Source: a virus
Reading direction: 5' to 3' (one strand)
IMG/VR virus record: IMGVR_UViG_3300006916_000041
Location: 1-64,000 of that record
DNA: 64,000 nt
A program made the translations under genes and the position numbers. Below are positions 38,169 through 47,489 of the stretch, in pieces. Each line of letters begins with the position of its first letter. The stretch's first letter is position 1. The notes beneath the pieces were generated by a model. It did no database searches. It was not told the origin of the DNA and saw only the letters and a list, made by a program, of their open reading frames with translations.

Positions 38169-39095
38169 ATGAAAATCGTTACTGGTAGCAGTAATCAGCC
38201 TTTTGCCCAAAAGGTTGCAGAACACTGTTTTGTGGATCTCGTACCAGCAGATCTAAACAGGTTCAATGATGGAGAAATATGTGTAGAAGTAAAAGAAAAC
38301 ATCCGGGGCAAGGATGTTTTTTTAGTGAATAGCACTTGTTCTCCTGTAAATGAAAGTTTAATGGAATTGTTGATTATGATAGACACTGCAAAGCGTAGCA
38401 GTGCAAGAAGAATCACAACGGTAATTCCATATTATGGTTATGCAAGACAAGATCGTAAAAGTGCAAGTCGTACACCAATTACAGCAAAACTAGTAGCAGA
38501 CTTGCTTACTAAAGCAGGCGCTGATAGAATTCTCACAATGGATTTACATGCAGGACAGATACAAGGATTTTTTGATATTCCAGTAGATGATCTTACTAGT
38601 AGAGTAGTATTTGCTAAAGATATTGAATCTAAAATTAACAAAGAAGAAGGCTGTGTATTTGTAAGTCCAGATGCTGGCGGTGCAGTAAGAGCCCGTAAGT
38701 TTGCTGACATGTTTCACGGAGATATTGCTATTGTTGACAAACGCAGACCTCGAGCAGGTGTTGCTGAAGTTATGGCACTGATTGGAGATGTAAAAGGCAA
38801 ACATGCTATCCTAGTAGATGACATTGTTGACAGTGGAGGTACACTGTGCAAAGCAGCAGATGCAATTCTAGAAGCAGGTGCGCTCAGTGTTAGAGCATAT
38901 ATCACACATGGTGTTCTTAGCAATGGCGCTCAAAAGAAAATTGATGCAAGTAATTTACAAGAACTTGTTGTCAGTGATAGTATTCCTTATACAGGAACAA
39001 GTAAAAAAATACGTCAAGTAAGTGTTGCTCCACTGTTTGGTGAAGCAATGCGTAGAATCACAAATGAAGAAAGTGTAAGTAGTTTATTCCAATGA
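38169..39095 (+). CDS. prs: Ribose-phosphate pyrophosphokinase
   Basis: F.DGE, PYYGYARQDRK, DLHAGQIQGFF, VSPDAG, VDDIVDSGGT. Confidence 0.97.
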   Translation: MKIVTGSSNQPFAQKVAEHCFVDLVPADLNRFNDGEICVEVKENIRGKDVFLVNSTCSPVNESLMELLIMIDTAKRSSARRITTVIPYYGYARQDRKSASRTPITAKLVADLLTKAGADRILTMDLHAGQIQGFFDIPVDDLTSRVVFAKDIESKINKEEGCVFVSPDAGGAVRARKFADMFHGDIAIVDKRRPRAGVAEVMALIGDVKGKHAILVDDIVDSGGTLCKAADAILEAGALSVRAYITHGVLSNGAQKKIDASNLQELVVSDSIPYTGTSKKIRQVSVAPLFGEAMRRITNEESVSSLFQ

Positions 39096-39430
39096 AATAT
39101 GTTATAGATATAGATGGTACAATTTGCCAAGAAGTAATTATACCCGACAGCGGTGGTAAAAAAGATTATGCAAATCATATTCCTTACATGGATAGAATTG
39201 CTAAAGTTAATAGACTGTATGATCAAGGACACACGATCAAGTACATGACAGCACGAGGAATCAGTAGCGGCGTAGATTATCTTGATTTAACTAAAAATCA
39301 ATTGGATAAATGGGGTGCAAAATATCACGAGCTCAGTGTTGGTAAAAAAGAACATTATGATGTTTGGATTGACGACAAAGCATTTTGGAGTGAAAACTTT
39401 TTTCGTGAAACAGGAGAAACTTATGAGTAA
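39092..39430 (+). CDS. Small HAD phosphatase (capsule-biosynthesis phosphatase-like)
   Basis: DIDGTIC, TARG, K...D.WIDDK. Confidence 0.85.
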   Translation: MKYVIDIDGTICQEVIIPDSGGKKDYANHIPYMDRIAKVNRLYDQGHTIKYMTARGISSGVDYLDLTKNQLDKWGAKYHELSVGKKEHYDVWIDDKAFWSENFFRETGETYE

Positions 39431-40226
39431 TACATTTATTGCAGCAATGGATCACAGTGGTGGTAGTACAGGGGGCGTACTAGAAAGATATGGTCAAGAA
39501 TACACAGAAGAAAATAAAATGGATCTTGTGCATGCAATGCGATTGAGAATGGTTGCTAATTCAGATTTCAACAGCAATAACATCAGTCATGCTATACTTT
39601 ATAAAGATACAGTAGACAGAGGAATAGTTCCTGTACTAGAGAAAAAAGGTATTCGTGCAATACTAAAAGTTGACAGTGGTTGTGAAGAAGACGGCACACT
39701 CAAAGACTTTGATGTGGTTGATATGATACATTTTGCACACCTAAACAAGTGCGTTGGTACTAAAATGCGCAGTATTGTTAAAAGTGAAAAATATCTAGAT
39801 GATGTTCTGCATCAACAGTTTGCTATTGCACAAGACATCAGCAATAGTGGATTAATTCCAATTGTCGAACCAGAAGTTCCGATAGAGCATGAACAGAAAT
39901 CGACGCTAGAAAAGAGTTTAAAAAGAAAACTAGGAAAATACTTGAATAATTTCAACGGTAGTGTTATACTTAAATTAACACTACCTGAACAAGCAAATTT
40001 ATATCAAGATCTGCTGATGTATAACACAGTAAACAAAATTGTTGGTCTCAGCGGCGGGTACACAACTGAAGAAGCATGCAGGCGGCTGAGCCAAAACCAA
40101 GACATGACTGCTAGTTTTAGCAGAGGATTAAGCGAAGGACTACTGGTTACACAAAGTGATGACGAATTTAACGCACAACTCAGTCAAAATATAGCTGATA
40201 TTGTTGCAGCAGGAAACACACCATAA
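39423..40226 (+). CDS. Fructose-bisphosphate aldolase class I (bacterial type)
   Basis: FIAAMDHSGGST, LKVDSG, GTKMRS, PIVEPEV, LKLTLP, LSGGY, ASFSR. Confidence 0.9.
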   Translation: MSNTFIAAMDHSGGSTGGVLERYGQEYTEENKMDLVHAMRLRMVANSDFNSNNISHAILYKDTVDRGIVPVLEKKGIRAILKVDSGCEEDGTLKDFDVVDMIHFAHLNKCVGTKMRSIVKSEKYLDDVLHQQFAIAQDISNSGLIPIVEPEVPIEHEQKSTLEKSLKRKLGKYLNNFNGSVILKLTLPEQANLYQDLLMYNTVNKIVGLSGGYTTEEACRRLSQNQDMTASFSRGLSEGLLVTQSDDEFNAQLSQNIADIVAAGNTP

Positions 40227-40540
40227 TGGACACACACATAGTAAAGCAACAGCAAATGTTAGATCCTACTAGTAGGATGCCATTTTCTGATACTGATAAA
40301 AGTGTTTCCAGTAACGGTATACTTCCTTTTGCTAATAGTGAAAATATTGCTCCTCCAGTTAACAAAGAAAAAATTAGAGTAGTGGACCAAGCAACTAGAA
40401 CAGAAGTTGCTATAGACATGTTAAAAAAATGGCATGAAAAATCAGATCAAATAAAAGATATTCTTGAAGATTTAAGATTACAAGCATTTTTTAAAAAACA
40501 ACAGATACAGCAAGGTGCTGTAATAGATATAGAGGTATAA
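40226..40540 (+). CDS. Hypothetical protein
   Basis: TAATG overlap. Confidence 0.55.
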   Translation: MDTHIVKQQQMLDPTSRMPFSDTDKSVSSNGILPFANSENIAPPVNKEKIRVVDQATRTEVAIDMLKKWHEKSDQIKDILEDLRLQAFFKKQQIQQGAVIDIEV

Positions 40541-40948
40541 ATGTCACAAGTAGATTTAAACAAGTACAAAGACTTTGTAGAAAAAGTCACCAGCAGTGAA
40601 AGTAATGCATTTGGTGCATTGCATTCAAGAATGATTGCACTCAGCGACGAAGGAGTAAATCCTGCACTGCTACTCACAGCTAGTATCGGTATGGCAAGTG
40701 AAGGCGGAGAGTTCAGTGAGATTGTAAAGAAATGTACATTCCAAGGCAAGCCTATGAATGAAGACACTGTGTTTCACATGAAGCGTGAGCTTGGAGACAT
40801 TATGTGGTATTGGGTAAATGCATGTCGTGCATTGAAACTGGATCCCAATGAAGTAGTTGCGGAAAATGTACGCAAACTAGAAAGTCGTTATCCAGGCGGC
40901 AGTTTTGACGTTTATTACAGTGAAAATAGAAAAGAAGGTGATTTATGA
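40541..40948 (+). CDS. MazG-like NTP pyrophosphohydrolase
   Basis: G...E.GEF.E.VKK, ELGDIMWY, N..KL..RYP. Confidence 0.88.
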   Translation: MSQVDLNKYKDFVEKVTSSESNAFGALHSRMIALSDEGVNPALLLTASIGMASEGGEFSEIVKKCTFQGKPMNEDTVFHMKRELGDIMWYWVNACRALKLDPNEVVAENVRKLESRYPGGSFDVYYSENRKEGDL

Positions 40949-41622
40949 TGAGTATTGAAGCTCTTAGACAACAAAAATTATACGATGAAGGCTTGCGTGA
41001 ATTCATGCTTAATATGTACAACCACACAGCGGCAGGATTGGCTGTAAGTGGAGCAGTTGCATGGTTTGTTTACAGTAGCGGACTGCTTTATCAAATGGCA
41101 GGCTCATTGTGGTTGTTTGCACTTGCTCCATTGGGTATGATTTTGTGGTATAGTTTTGCAGGACGCAATTGGAGTTATCCAACACTGAGAAACTTCTACT
41201 ATACATTTGTTATAGTCATGGGTGTAGGACTTGCTCCTATTTTTGCTGTATACACAGGTGCTAGCATTGCACAAGTGTTTTTTATTACAGCCGCAACATT
41301 TCTCAGTGCTAGTCTTTGGGGCTATACAACCAAACGAGACCTGACAGGTTTTGGACACTTCTTGCTCATGGGATTGATTGGTATCATCATTGCAATGATA
41401 GTAAACATCTTTTTAGCAAGCAGTGGATTGCAGTTTGCAATCAGTATCATTGGTGTAATTGTGTTTACAGGTTTAACTGCTTGGGACACACAAAATGCAA
41501 AAAACATTTATGTAAATCATGGTGGTGATCCACGCTACGGCATTCAGTTTGCTATTAGCTTATATCTAAACTTTATCAACTTATTCCAAATGTTGCTGCA
41601 TTTATTAGGAAATAGAGAGTAA
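40945..41622 (+). CDS. Bax inhibitor-1/YccA membrane protein
   Basis: About 7 TMs; D.GLR.FM..MYN, GYTTKRDL, TAWDTQ, LYLNFINLF. Confidence 0.92.
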   Translation: MMSIEALRQQKLYDEGLREFMLNMYNHTAAGLAVSGAVAWFVYSSGLLYQMAGSLWLFALAPLGMILWYSFAGRNWSYPTLRNFYYTFVIVMGVGLAPIFAVYTGASIAQVFFITAATFLSASLWGYTTKRDLTGFGHFLLMGLIGIIIAMIVNIFLASSGLQFAISIIGVIVFTGLTAWDTQNAKNIYVNHGGDPRYGIQFAISLYLNFINLFQMLLHLLGNRE

Positions 41623-41641
41623 AGTGATTTCTAATATAAGT

Positions 41642-41673
41642 AAAAGCGTCAGGTCTAGTCCGCCTGGCGTTTT
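41642..41673 (+). terminator. Hairpin, terminator-like
   Basis: GCGTCAGG/CCTGGCGT stem flanked by A and T runs. Confidence 0.55.
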
Positions 41674-41715
41674 ATTGTGAGCGACGGGGTAAAGCCGTCA
41701 AGCAAGGAGAAAGAA

Positions 41716-42687
41716 ATGGAACTACTCACGCTATGGAGCCTAGTAGGCTTCTTGCTGGCTGCGTATGCAGTTATAGCAAACGATTCAGTACAAACTCTCG
41801 GTACATGGATGGCATCAAACAATGAGAGATTCAATTACAAAGTATTATGGGCGGCAGCAAGTGCAGTATTGCTTGCGACCTTGTGGTATGGCTGGAGTGT
41901 AAATGGTGGCGACATCAGTTACGGACGACTAAACAGAATACCTTGGCAAGAAGTGCAATGGTATCATGCGGCAGCACCTGCTATCCTAGTAGCACTTACT
42001 AGGCTTGGTGTGCCTGTATCAACTAGCTTTTTGGTACTGAGTGTTTTTGCTAGTACATTTGTATTAGAAAAAATGCTTATGAAATCTATCATGGGCTATG
42101 GTGTTGCAGCCGCATTTGCATATGTAATTTGGTTTGCAATACACAAGTTCTTTGGACGCTGGTATGATGAAACACAACCAGTAAGCGAAGGCAATAAAAA
42201 CTTCTGGCGAGTTGCACAATGGATTGCAACTGCTGGTCTTTGGTGGACTTGGCTAAGTCATGACATGGCAAACATTGCTGTGTTCTTACCACGTGAAGTG
42301 CCTGTTGACTTAATGCTTATGGTTAGTATTGTATTTGTTGCTGGCTTGTTCTTTATGTTTAGAGAACGAGGCGGTAAAATTCAACAAATTGTACTAGAAA
42401 AACACAACACAAGATATGTACGAAGTGCAACACTGATTGACTTGTTCTATTGGTTGTGCTTGTACTTCTTCAAAGAACTAAACGATATTCCAATGAGTAC
42501 AACTTGGGTATTCGTAGGCTTGTTAGCAGGTAGAGAACTTGCTATGGCTACTTACTTCGGTAAGAAAAAAACAAAATCAATCTTTCCATTGGTTGCCAAA
42601 GACTTTGGCAAGATGATGGTTGGACTAGGTGTATCAGTGGCACTTGTATTAGCAATCCACTATATTATCTTACCTAACGGACTATAA
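41716..42687 (+). CDS. Multi-pass membrane protein, PiT/PHO4 phosphate-transporter-like
   Basis: ANDSVQTLGT, PVSTS, HDMANIA, PMSTT duplicated signature-like motifs. Confidence 0.6.
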   Translation: MELLTLWSLVGFLLAAYAVIANDSVQTLGTWMASNNERFNYKVLWAAASAVLLATLWYGWSVNGGDISYGRLNRIPWQEVQWYHAAAPAILVALTRLGVPVSTSFLVLSVFASTFVLEKMLMKSIMGYGVAAAFAYVIWFAIHKFFGRWYDETQPVSEGNKNFWRVAQWIATAGLWWTWLSHDMANIAVFLPREVPVDLMLMVSIVFVAGLFFMFRERGGKIQQIVLEKHNTRYVRSATLIDLFYWLCLYFFKELNDIPMSTTWVFVGLLAGRELAMATYFGKKKTKSIFPLVAKDFGKMMVGLGVSVALVLAIHYIILPNGL

Positions 42688-42694
42688 AAAACAG

Positions 42695-42723
42695 TTGACA
42701 CGGGCTTCGGCCCGTGTTATATT
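42695..42723 (+). promoter_or_regulatory. Sigma70 promoter whose spacer forms a cUUCGg hairpin
   Basis: TTGACA, 17-nt spacer, TATATT; ACACGGGC-TTCG-GCCCGTGT. Confidence 0.7.
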
Positions 42724-42728
42724 TTAGT

Positions 42729-42974
42729 ATGTTTTTAAATTTACAACACCTTACAATCGAGCAACTAATTGAAAAACAAATCGAGTTGCGACAAAAAATC
42801 TCTCAAGCACATCAACTTGGCATGTCAGGTGCTGTAGGTCAATTACAAAACACACTAGATCAAATTGGTATTGAAATTAGTGCTAAAAGCCAAATACAAT
42901 CATTGGAAAAAGAACGTGAGAAAAAAATAGAAGATGGCAAAGACCCAGACGATGATGTGTTAAATATAGGATGA
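42729..42974 (+). CDS. Hypothetical coiled-coil protein
   Basis: ATG 5 nt after -10. Confidence 0.6.
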   Translation: MFLNLQHLTIEQLIEKQIELRQKISQAHQLGMSGAVGQLQNTLDQIGIEISAKSQIQSLEKEREKKIEDGKDPDDDVLNIG

Positions 42975-43480
42975 AGATGAATCAACTCAATGAAATAGTA
43001 GTAGATGAAAATGATCTAGTAGAAGGCATGCTGGAAGGCAAACGTGCTAGATATGTAATAACCAAAGACACTGAAAAGATAGACAGTTACAATCACTTTT
43101 GTACACTGTTCAAGTTTGACGATACTATTGATTATGAAACACCAGCCGAAACAAATGATAAGTATAGTTATAAAGATGCTAACAATTGGTGGATGCCTGA
43201 AGAATACAAAACACTGGACATAGAGCAGTATTTGTTAAACTTGATAACCACACAGAAACAACGTGAAAGAGTATATGCAGAACTTGAAGAATTTAAAAAC
43301 CGCGAAATGCTGCCAATGTTACAATTTCTAGTATACATGGTAACCGAACTAAAACAGCACAATATATTGTGGGGAGTTGGCAGAGGAAGCAGTGTTTCAA
43401 GCTACATATTGTATCTAATTGGTGTACATAAAATTGATAGTATTAAATACAATTTGGATTATAAGGAATTCCTGAGATGA
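42971..43480 (+). CDS. Stand-alone fragment of DNA polymerase III alpha (DnaE-like)
   Basis: RV..ELE.F, WGVGRGSSVSSYILYLIGVHKID..KY.L...EFL. Confidence 0.8.
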   Translation: MKMNQLNEIVVDENDLVEGMLEGKRARYVITKDTEKIDSYNHFCTLFKFDDTIDYETPAETNDKYSYKDANNWWMPEEYKTLDIEQYLLNLITTQKQRERVYAELEEFKNREMLPMLQFLVYMVTELKQHNILWGVGRGSSVSSYILYLIGVHKIDSIKYNLDYKEFLR

Positions 43481-43902
43481 GTAGAAAAGTTAGAACTGCT
43501 CGAGGCATGACAATAGACATGGCTGCCCTTGCAGCAAAAAATGAAAAAGTAAAAGCAGTTGGTAATGTTCCAATGAATGCTCGCGGTGATCGTCTGAACA
43601 CAGATGGTAGTGTTAAAATGAAAGCAGAAGATGTCGCTGTGGCACATCACAATGCTAGTGTACCTCCACAACAACAACCACTAAGTGACACCAAGCCTAT
43701 TATTAAAGAAACTGCTCCCCCTCCACCATCTCCTCCACCACCTCCTGTGGTTGAAGAACCTATTGTTCCAGATTTAGAAGAACAATTTAGCCAAGAACCT
43801 GAGCCAATTAGTAAAATTACTAGAACAAGAGATGACGGAACCAAATACGTGGAAATCGAATATGATGACGGAAGTATAGAAACCGTAGAACTCGAGGAAT
43901 AA
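43477..43902 (+). CDS. Hypothetical Pro-rich protein
   Basis: AVGNVPMNARGD; poly-Pro linker. Confidence 0.65.
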   Translation: MSRKVRTARGMTIDMAALAAKNEKVKAVGNVPMNARGDRLNTDGSVKMKAEDVAVAHHNASVPPQQQPLSDTKPIIKETAPPPPSPPPPPVVEEPIVPDLEEQFSQEPEPISKITRTRDDGTKYVEIEYDDGSIETVELEE

Positions 43903-45092
43903 TGCCTAACATAGAAATTACTACGTCTCCTACGGGACGTAGTCCAGAAAAAAAATACTTTTTTGGTGACAAAACACAACATTTAGATTTAACTAGACCC
44001 AAGTACAACAAAATTGGCAATCAGTCTGATTACGATGCTTTTTACAATCAAATGTGGAGTTTGGAAAACTACGCACATGATTTAGAATTTGTTAGTGCTG
44101 GCATACGTTTTCGTGTTTGTACCAACGACGACAGACATGCACAATTCGTGCGCAACATGTTTACAGTACTACCAAAAAGCAAACCTGCAGATTTTATCAT
44201 ACTGCACAACACTGATTTAAAAATTGACGAACCTAAAATTTATGTGCATTTGGATCGCAATGAGATGTTGATTGCTGGCACTACATTTTTAGGCGAAATC
44301 AAAAAAGGTGCATTTGGTATTATTAGTTTTATATTACCTGAACAAGATATACTGCCGATGCATTGCAGTGCATTTACCTACAACGACACAACCAACTTGA
44401 TGTTTGGATTGAGTGGTACTGGTAAAACAACACTGAGCAGTGATCCCGATTACAAACTGATAGGTGACGACGAAATTGCTTGGAACGATCAAGGTATTGA
44501 AATGATCGAAACAGGTTGTTATGCTAAAAGCGAAGGCTTAACACCAGAAACACACAAAACAATATTTGATGCTGTTGAACTTGCAAGATCTCGTGATACA
44601 TTAGTAGTTGAAAATCCAGGTGCAGCAAATGCACGACTGAGCTATCCAATTGATTGTGTGGAGAATGCCTATCATGAACCACAACAGTTTGATCACCCTG
44701 ATAACATATTCTTTTTAACAATGGATGCCAAAGGAGTGTTTCCACCTGTTAGCAAAATATCAGGCGACACAGTCAGACGTTTCTTTGAAACAGGATACAC
44801 CAGTCAAATGCCAGGAACAGAAGCTGGCACTGATGAAATCAAACCACTGTTTAGTCCTTGTTACGGTTCACCTTTTATGCCAAGAGCAGTTAGTGTGTAC
44901 AGTGATCTATTGATGAAAAAAATTGAACAACACAACTGTAATGTGTATTTGATCAACACAGGTATGGATTCAAGTGGTGTTAGATATTCACTTGACTTTA
45001 CAAGAAACTGTGTTAAAACTGCTATAGACTTAGAAGTAGAAGATAATAGCCGAGATGTCTTGAAGACATTAGAACAATTAATAACGGAGTAA
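43902..45092 (+). CDS. pckA: ATP-dependent phosphoenolpyruvate carboxykinase, compact form
   Basis: TGRSP, GEIKK, MHCSA, FGLSGTGKTTLS, LIGDDE, GCYAK, FLT.DA.GV.PPVS, YLINTG. Confidence 0.92.
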   Translation: MPNIEITTSPTGRSPEKKYFFGDKTQHLDLTRPKYNKIGNQSDYDAFYNQMWSLENYAHDLEFVSAGIRFRVCTNDDRHAQFVRNMFTVLPKSKPADFIILHNTDLKIDEPKIYVHLDRNEMLIAGTTFLGEIKKGAFGIISFILPEQDILPMHCSAFTYNDTTNLMFGLSGTGKTTLSSDPDYKLIGDDEIAWNDQGIEMIETGCYAKSEGLTPETHKTIFDAVELARSRDTLVVENPGAANARLSYPIDCVENAYHEPQQFDHPDNIFFLTMDAKGVFPPVSKISGDTVRRFFETGYTSQMPGTEAGTDEIKPLFSPCYGSPFMPRAVSVYSDLLMKKIEQHNCNVYLINTGMDSSGVRYSLDFTRNCVKTAIDLEVEDNSRDVLKTLEQLITE

Positions 45093-45095
45093 TTA

Positions 45096-45431
45096 ATGAG
45101 AAAAATTAGAGCAATCAGACACAGTGTACTAGGTTTTTTTGTAAATCCTCCAGGAGAAGGCCGCACAAAAGGTGGTATAATTACACTAGACGATGATGGT
45201 AAAACTGAAGGAATTAAAAGTAGATTCTTCGAAGTACACGATGTAGGCAACGACAATGCTGTAACACATGATGTTAAACCAGGCGATATTGTACTAGTAG
45301 CACATGGGCGTTGGAGTCGTGGATTTGATATTGATCACCCGGAAGGGAAAAAAATGTATAGTTTAGATCCTGAGGAAATCTTAGGAGTATGGGAAGGCGA
45401 TAAAAGCGTATTGGAGTATACAACAAGATGA
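45096..45431 (+). CDS. GroES-like co-chaperonin
   Basis: RTKGGII, VG.....DVKPGD.VL, EEILGV. Confidence 0.8.
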   Translation: MRKIRAIRHSVLGFFVNPPGEGRTKGGIITLDDDGKTEGIKSRFFEVHDVGNDNAVTHDVKPGDIVLVAHGRWSRGFDIDHPEGKKMYSLDPEEILGVWEGDKSVLEYTTR

Positions 45432-45655
45432 CAAATGTAATTGAATTTGACAGAAAAATAGATTTTAAAGTGTTGTTTACACTGCCAACTGGCAAAGTTT
45501 TACAACTAAACAAAACAGCTGAAGATGATTTCGATATCGAAATCAGCGGAGGAAATGGAGTTGCTTATATAAGTGCCAATGGAAAACTTATAGCTGAAAG
45601 CAGACTGCAACGAGTTTTTCCCAGTGCAGAAATTATAGAAACTACAGTGCTATGA
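45428..45655 (+). CDS. Hypothetical protein
   Basis: ATGA overlap. Confidence 0.6.
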   Translation: MTNVIEFDRKIDFKVLFTLPTGKVLQLNKTAEDDFDIEISGGNGVAYISANGKLIAESRLQRVFPSAEIIETTVL

Positions 45656-45819
45656 GTTTTAAAGCTCATTTAGAATATATCTATCATATAACATGCAATC
45701 AGTGTAAAGGGTATTTTACATATGCAGTGATGCAAAAAAATTTTAAAATTGATAGAGGAAAATATTGGTGTCCCAAGTGTGGACAAAGTGGTAAAATAGA
45801 ATTACAAGATGAAGTTTAA
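45652..45819 (+). CDS. 55-aa zinc-ribbon protein (not in ORF track)
   Basis: CNQC...CPKCG; ATGA overlap. Confidence 0.65.
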   Translation: MSFKAHLEYIYHITCNQCKGYFTYAVMQKNFKIDRGKYWCPKCGQSGKIELQDEV

Positions 45820-46402
45820 CTACGATAAATCGGTTGCTGAATTTTTCGATATCATGTATAAGAAAGAAATTTTACAACTGGTGACACTGGAAGAAGTAAG
45901 AGATGCACTACATACAAATCAATTATTGAGTAAAAATTGTGCAATACATGCATTCGAAAGCATTTACACAGAACATAATCGTGTACTATATATAGGTTCA
46001 TGGTTTGGTATATTAACAAATTGTTTACTAAAAAACTTTCCAAATATTAGTATCGACGAAATCGATATGGATATCAGATGTAGTTTAATAAGCAAAAGGC
46101 TTAATATAGATTACAACTCTAATCATTATACAGCCGACATAAACGTGTTTGATAGAATAAACAATTACGATACTGTTATTAATTTAAGTACCGAACACAT
46201 GTCAAATGATTGGTATAATAAAATTAAGCCAGGAACTCGTGTTGTAATGCAAAGTAATAATTTCGATGTTATAGGTGACCATATTAATTGTTGTGCAAGT
46301 TTACAAGATATGCAAAATAAATTTAACTTGACAGAAACTACATTTGCAGATACACTAGAACTTAACGTATATAACAGATTTACACTTGCGGGTATTAAAT
46401 GA
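45809..46402 (+). CDS. Class I SAM-dependent methyltransferase-like protein
   Basis: VLYIGSWFG, ID.D, D.VINLSTEH, QSNN. Confidence 0.65.
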   Translation: MKFNYDKSVAEFFDIMYKKEILQLVTLEEVRDALHTNQLLSKNCAIHAFESIYTEHNRVLYIGSWFGILTNCLLKNFPNISIDEIDMDIRCSLISKRLNIDYNSNHYTADINVFDRINNYDTVINLSTEHMSNDWYNKIKPGTRVVMQSNNFDVIGDHINCCASLQDMQNKFNLTETTFADTLELNVYNRFTLAGIK

Positions 46403-46527
46403 AACGTTTAGAAAATTACGTAGCATGGTATCGAAAACTACGCAGTCAAGGATATAGTCGGTTAGACTGTTTAAGCTGGGCAGTTTATAACAGTAAACAT
46501 TATACAATACACGGAATATATAAATGA
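46399..46527 (+). CDS. 42-aa hypothetical protein
   Basis: ATGA overlaps at both ends. Confidence 0.5.
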   Translation: MKRLENYVAWYRKLRSQGYSRLDCLSWAVYNSKHYTIHGIYK

Positions 46528-47489
46528 TCAGTATAGGTATAAATGGATTCGGAAGAATAGGACGTTGCGTTGCCAGACACATCATGAGTGAACGCAATGA
46601 TATGCAGATTGTACAAATCAATGCCAGCGGTGGCGAAGAAACAAATATGCATTTGCTAAAATATGACACAGTTCACGGAACATATAAAGGTCCCATACAC
46701 GAGCCGATACTGTGGACAGAAGAACGAGATATAGAACAGTTAAAATGGCACGGTGTTGATGTTGTACTAGAATGCACAGGAGCATACAACAACGGGTTAA
46801 AATGTCTTAACCATACTCTTAACGGTGCTAAAAAAGTAGTAATCAGTGCTCCGGCTGCAGACGTAAAACGCACAGTTGTTTATGGTGTTAATCATCAAGA
46901 CATAACCAGTTCAGAAAACATTGTTAGTAATGCCAGTTGTACAACAAACTGTCTTGCTCCACTAGTAAAAGTATTAGATGAACAGTTTGGTATTATAAAT
47001 GGACAAATGACAACTGTACACAGTTACACAGGTGACCAAGGTACTATTGACAAACGACACAGAGACTTGTATAGAGCTAGAGCAGCAGGATCGAATATTA
47101 TACCTACCAGTACAGGTGCAGCAAAGGCACTGCAACATGTGTATCCAAAACTCAAAAACAAAATCATGGGCAGTGCTATTAGAGTACCAACACAAAATGT
47201 GAGTTGTGTGGATTTGACTGTGCAACTTGAGCAAGAAGTCAATGAAAAATTGGTCAATGAAGCAGTAGCAAGTGCTAGTAAAAATGACATGCGTGGCATT
47301 ATAGCCTATCAACCATTGCCACTGGTAAGCAGTGACTTTAACACCACAAAAGAAAGTTGTATTTTTGCACCAGAACAAACAAGAGTAGTTGACAATCATT
47401 TGGTTCGTGTACTAGCATGGTATGATAATGAATGGGCATTTAGTTGCCGCATGGCAGATGTAGCAGCACACATGATGACTTTACAATGA
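46524..47489 (+). CDS. gap: Glyceraldehyde-3-phosphate dehydrogenase type I
   Basis: INGFGRIGR, LLKYDTVHG, ECTG, NASCTTNCLAP, RARAA, PTSTGAAKA, RVPT.NVS, WYDNEW. Confidence 0.96.
   Translation: MISIGINGFGRIGRCVARHIMSERNDMQIVQINASGGEETNMHLLKYDTVHGTYKGPIHEPILWTEERDIEQLKWHGVDVVLECTGAYNNGLKCLNHTLNGAKKVVISAPAADVKRTVVYGVNHQDITSSENIVSNASCTTNCLAPLVKVLDEQFGIINGQMTTVHSYTGDQGTIDKRHRDLYRARAAGSNIIPTSTGAAKALQHVYPKLKNKIMGSAIRVPTQNVSCVDLTVQLEQEVNEKLVNEAVASASKNDMRGIIAYQPLPLVSSDFNTTKESCIFAPEQTRVVDNHLVRVLAWYDNEWAFSCRMADVAAHMMTLQ

Noticed and set aside
38169-47489. Bacterial chromosome origin for the housekeeping-like genes
   Set aside because: The genes lack their normal operon partners (e.g. no pgk, tpi, groEL, rpmI-rplT), are interleaved with virion and phage replication genes, and share the phage promoter motifs and composition.
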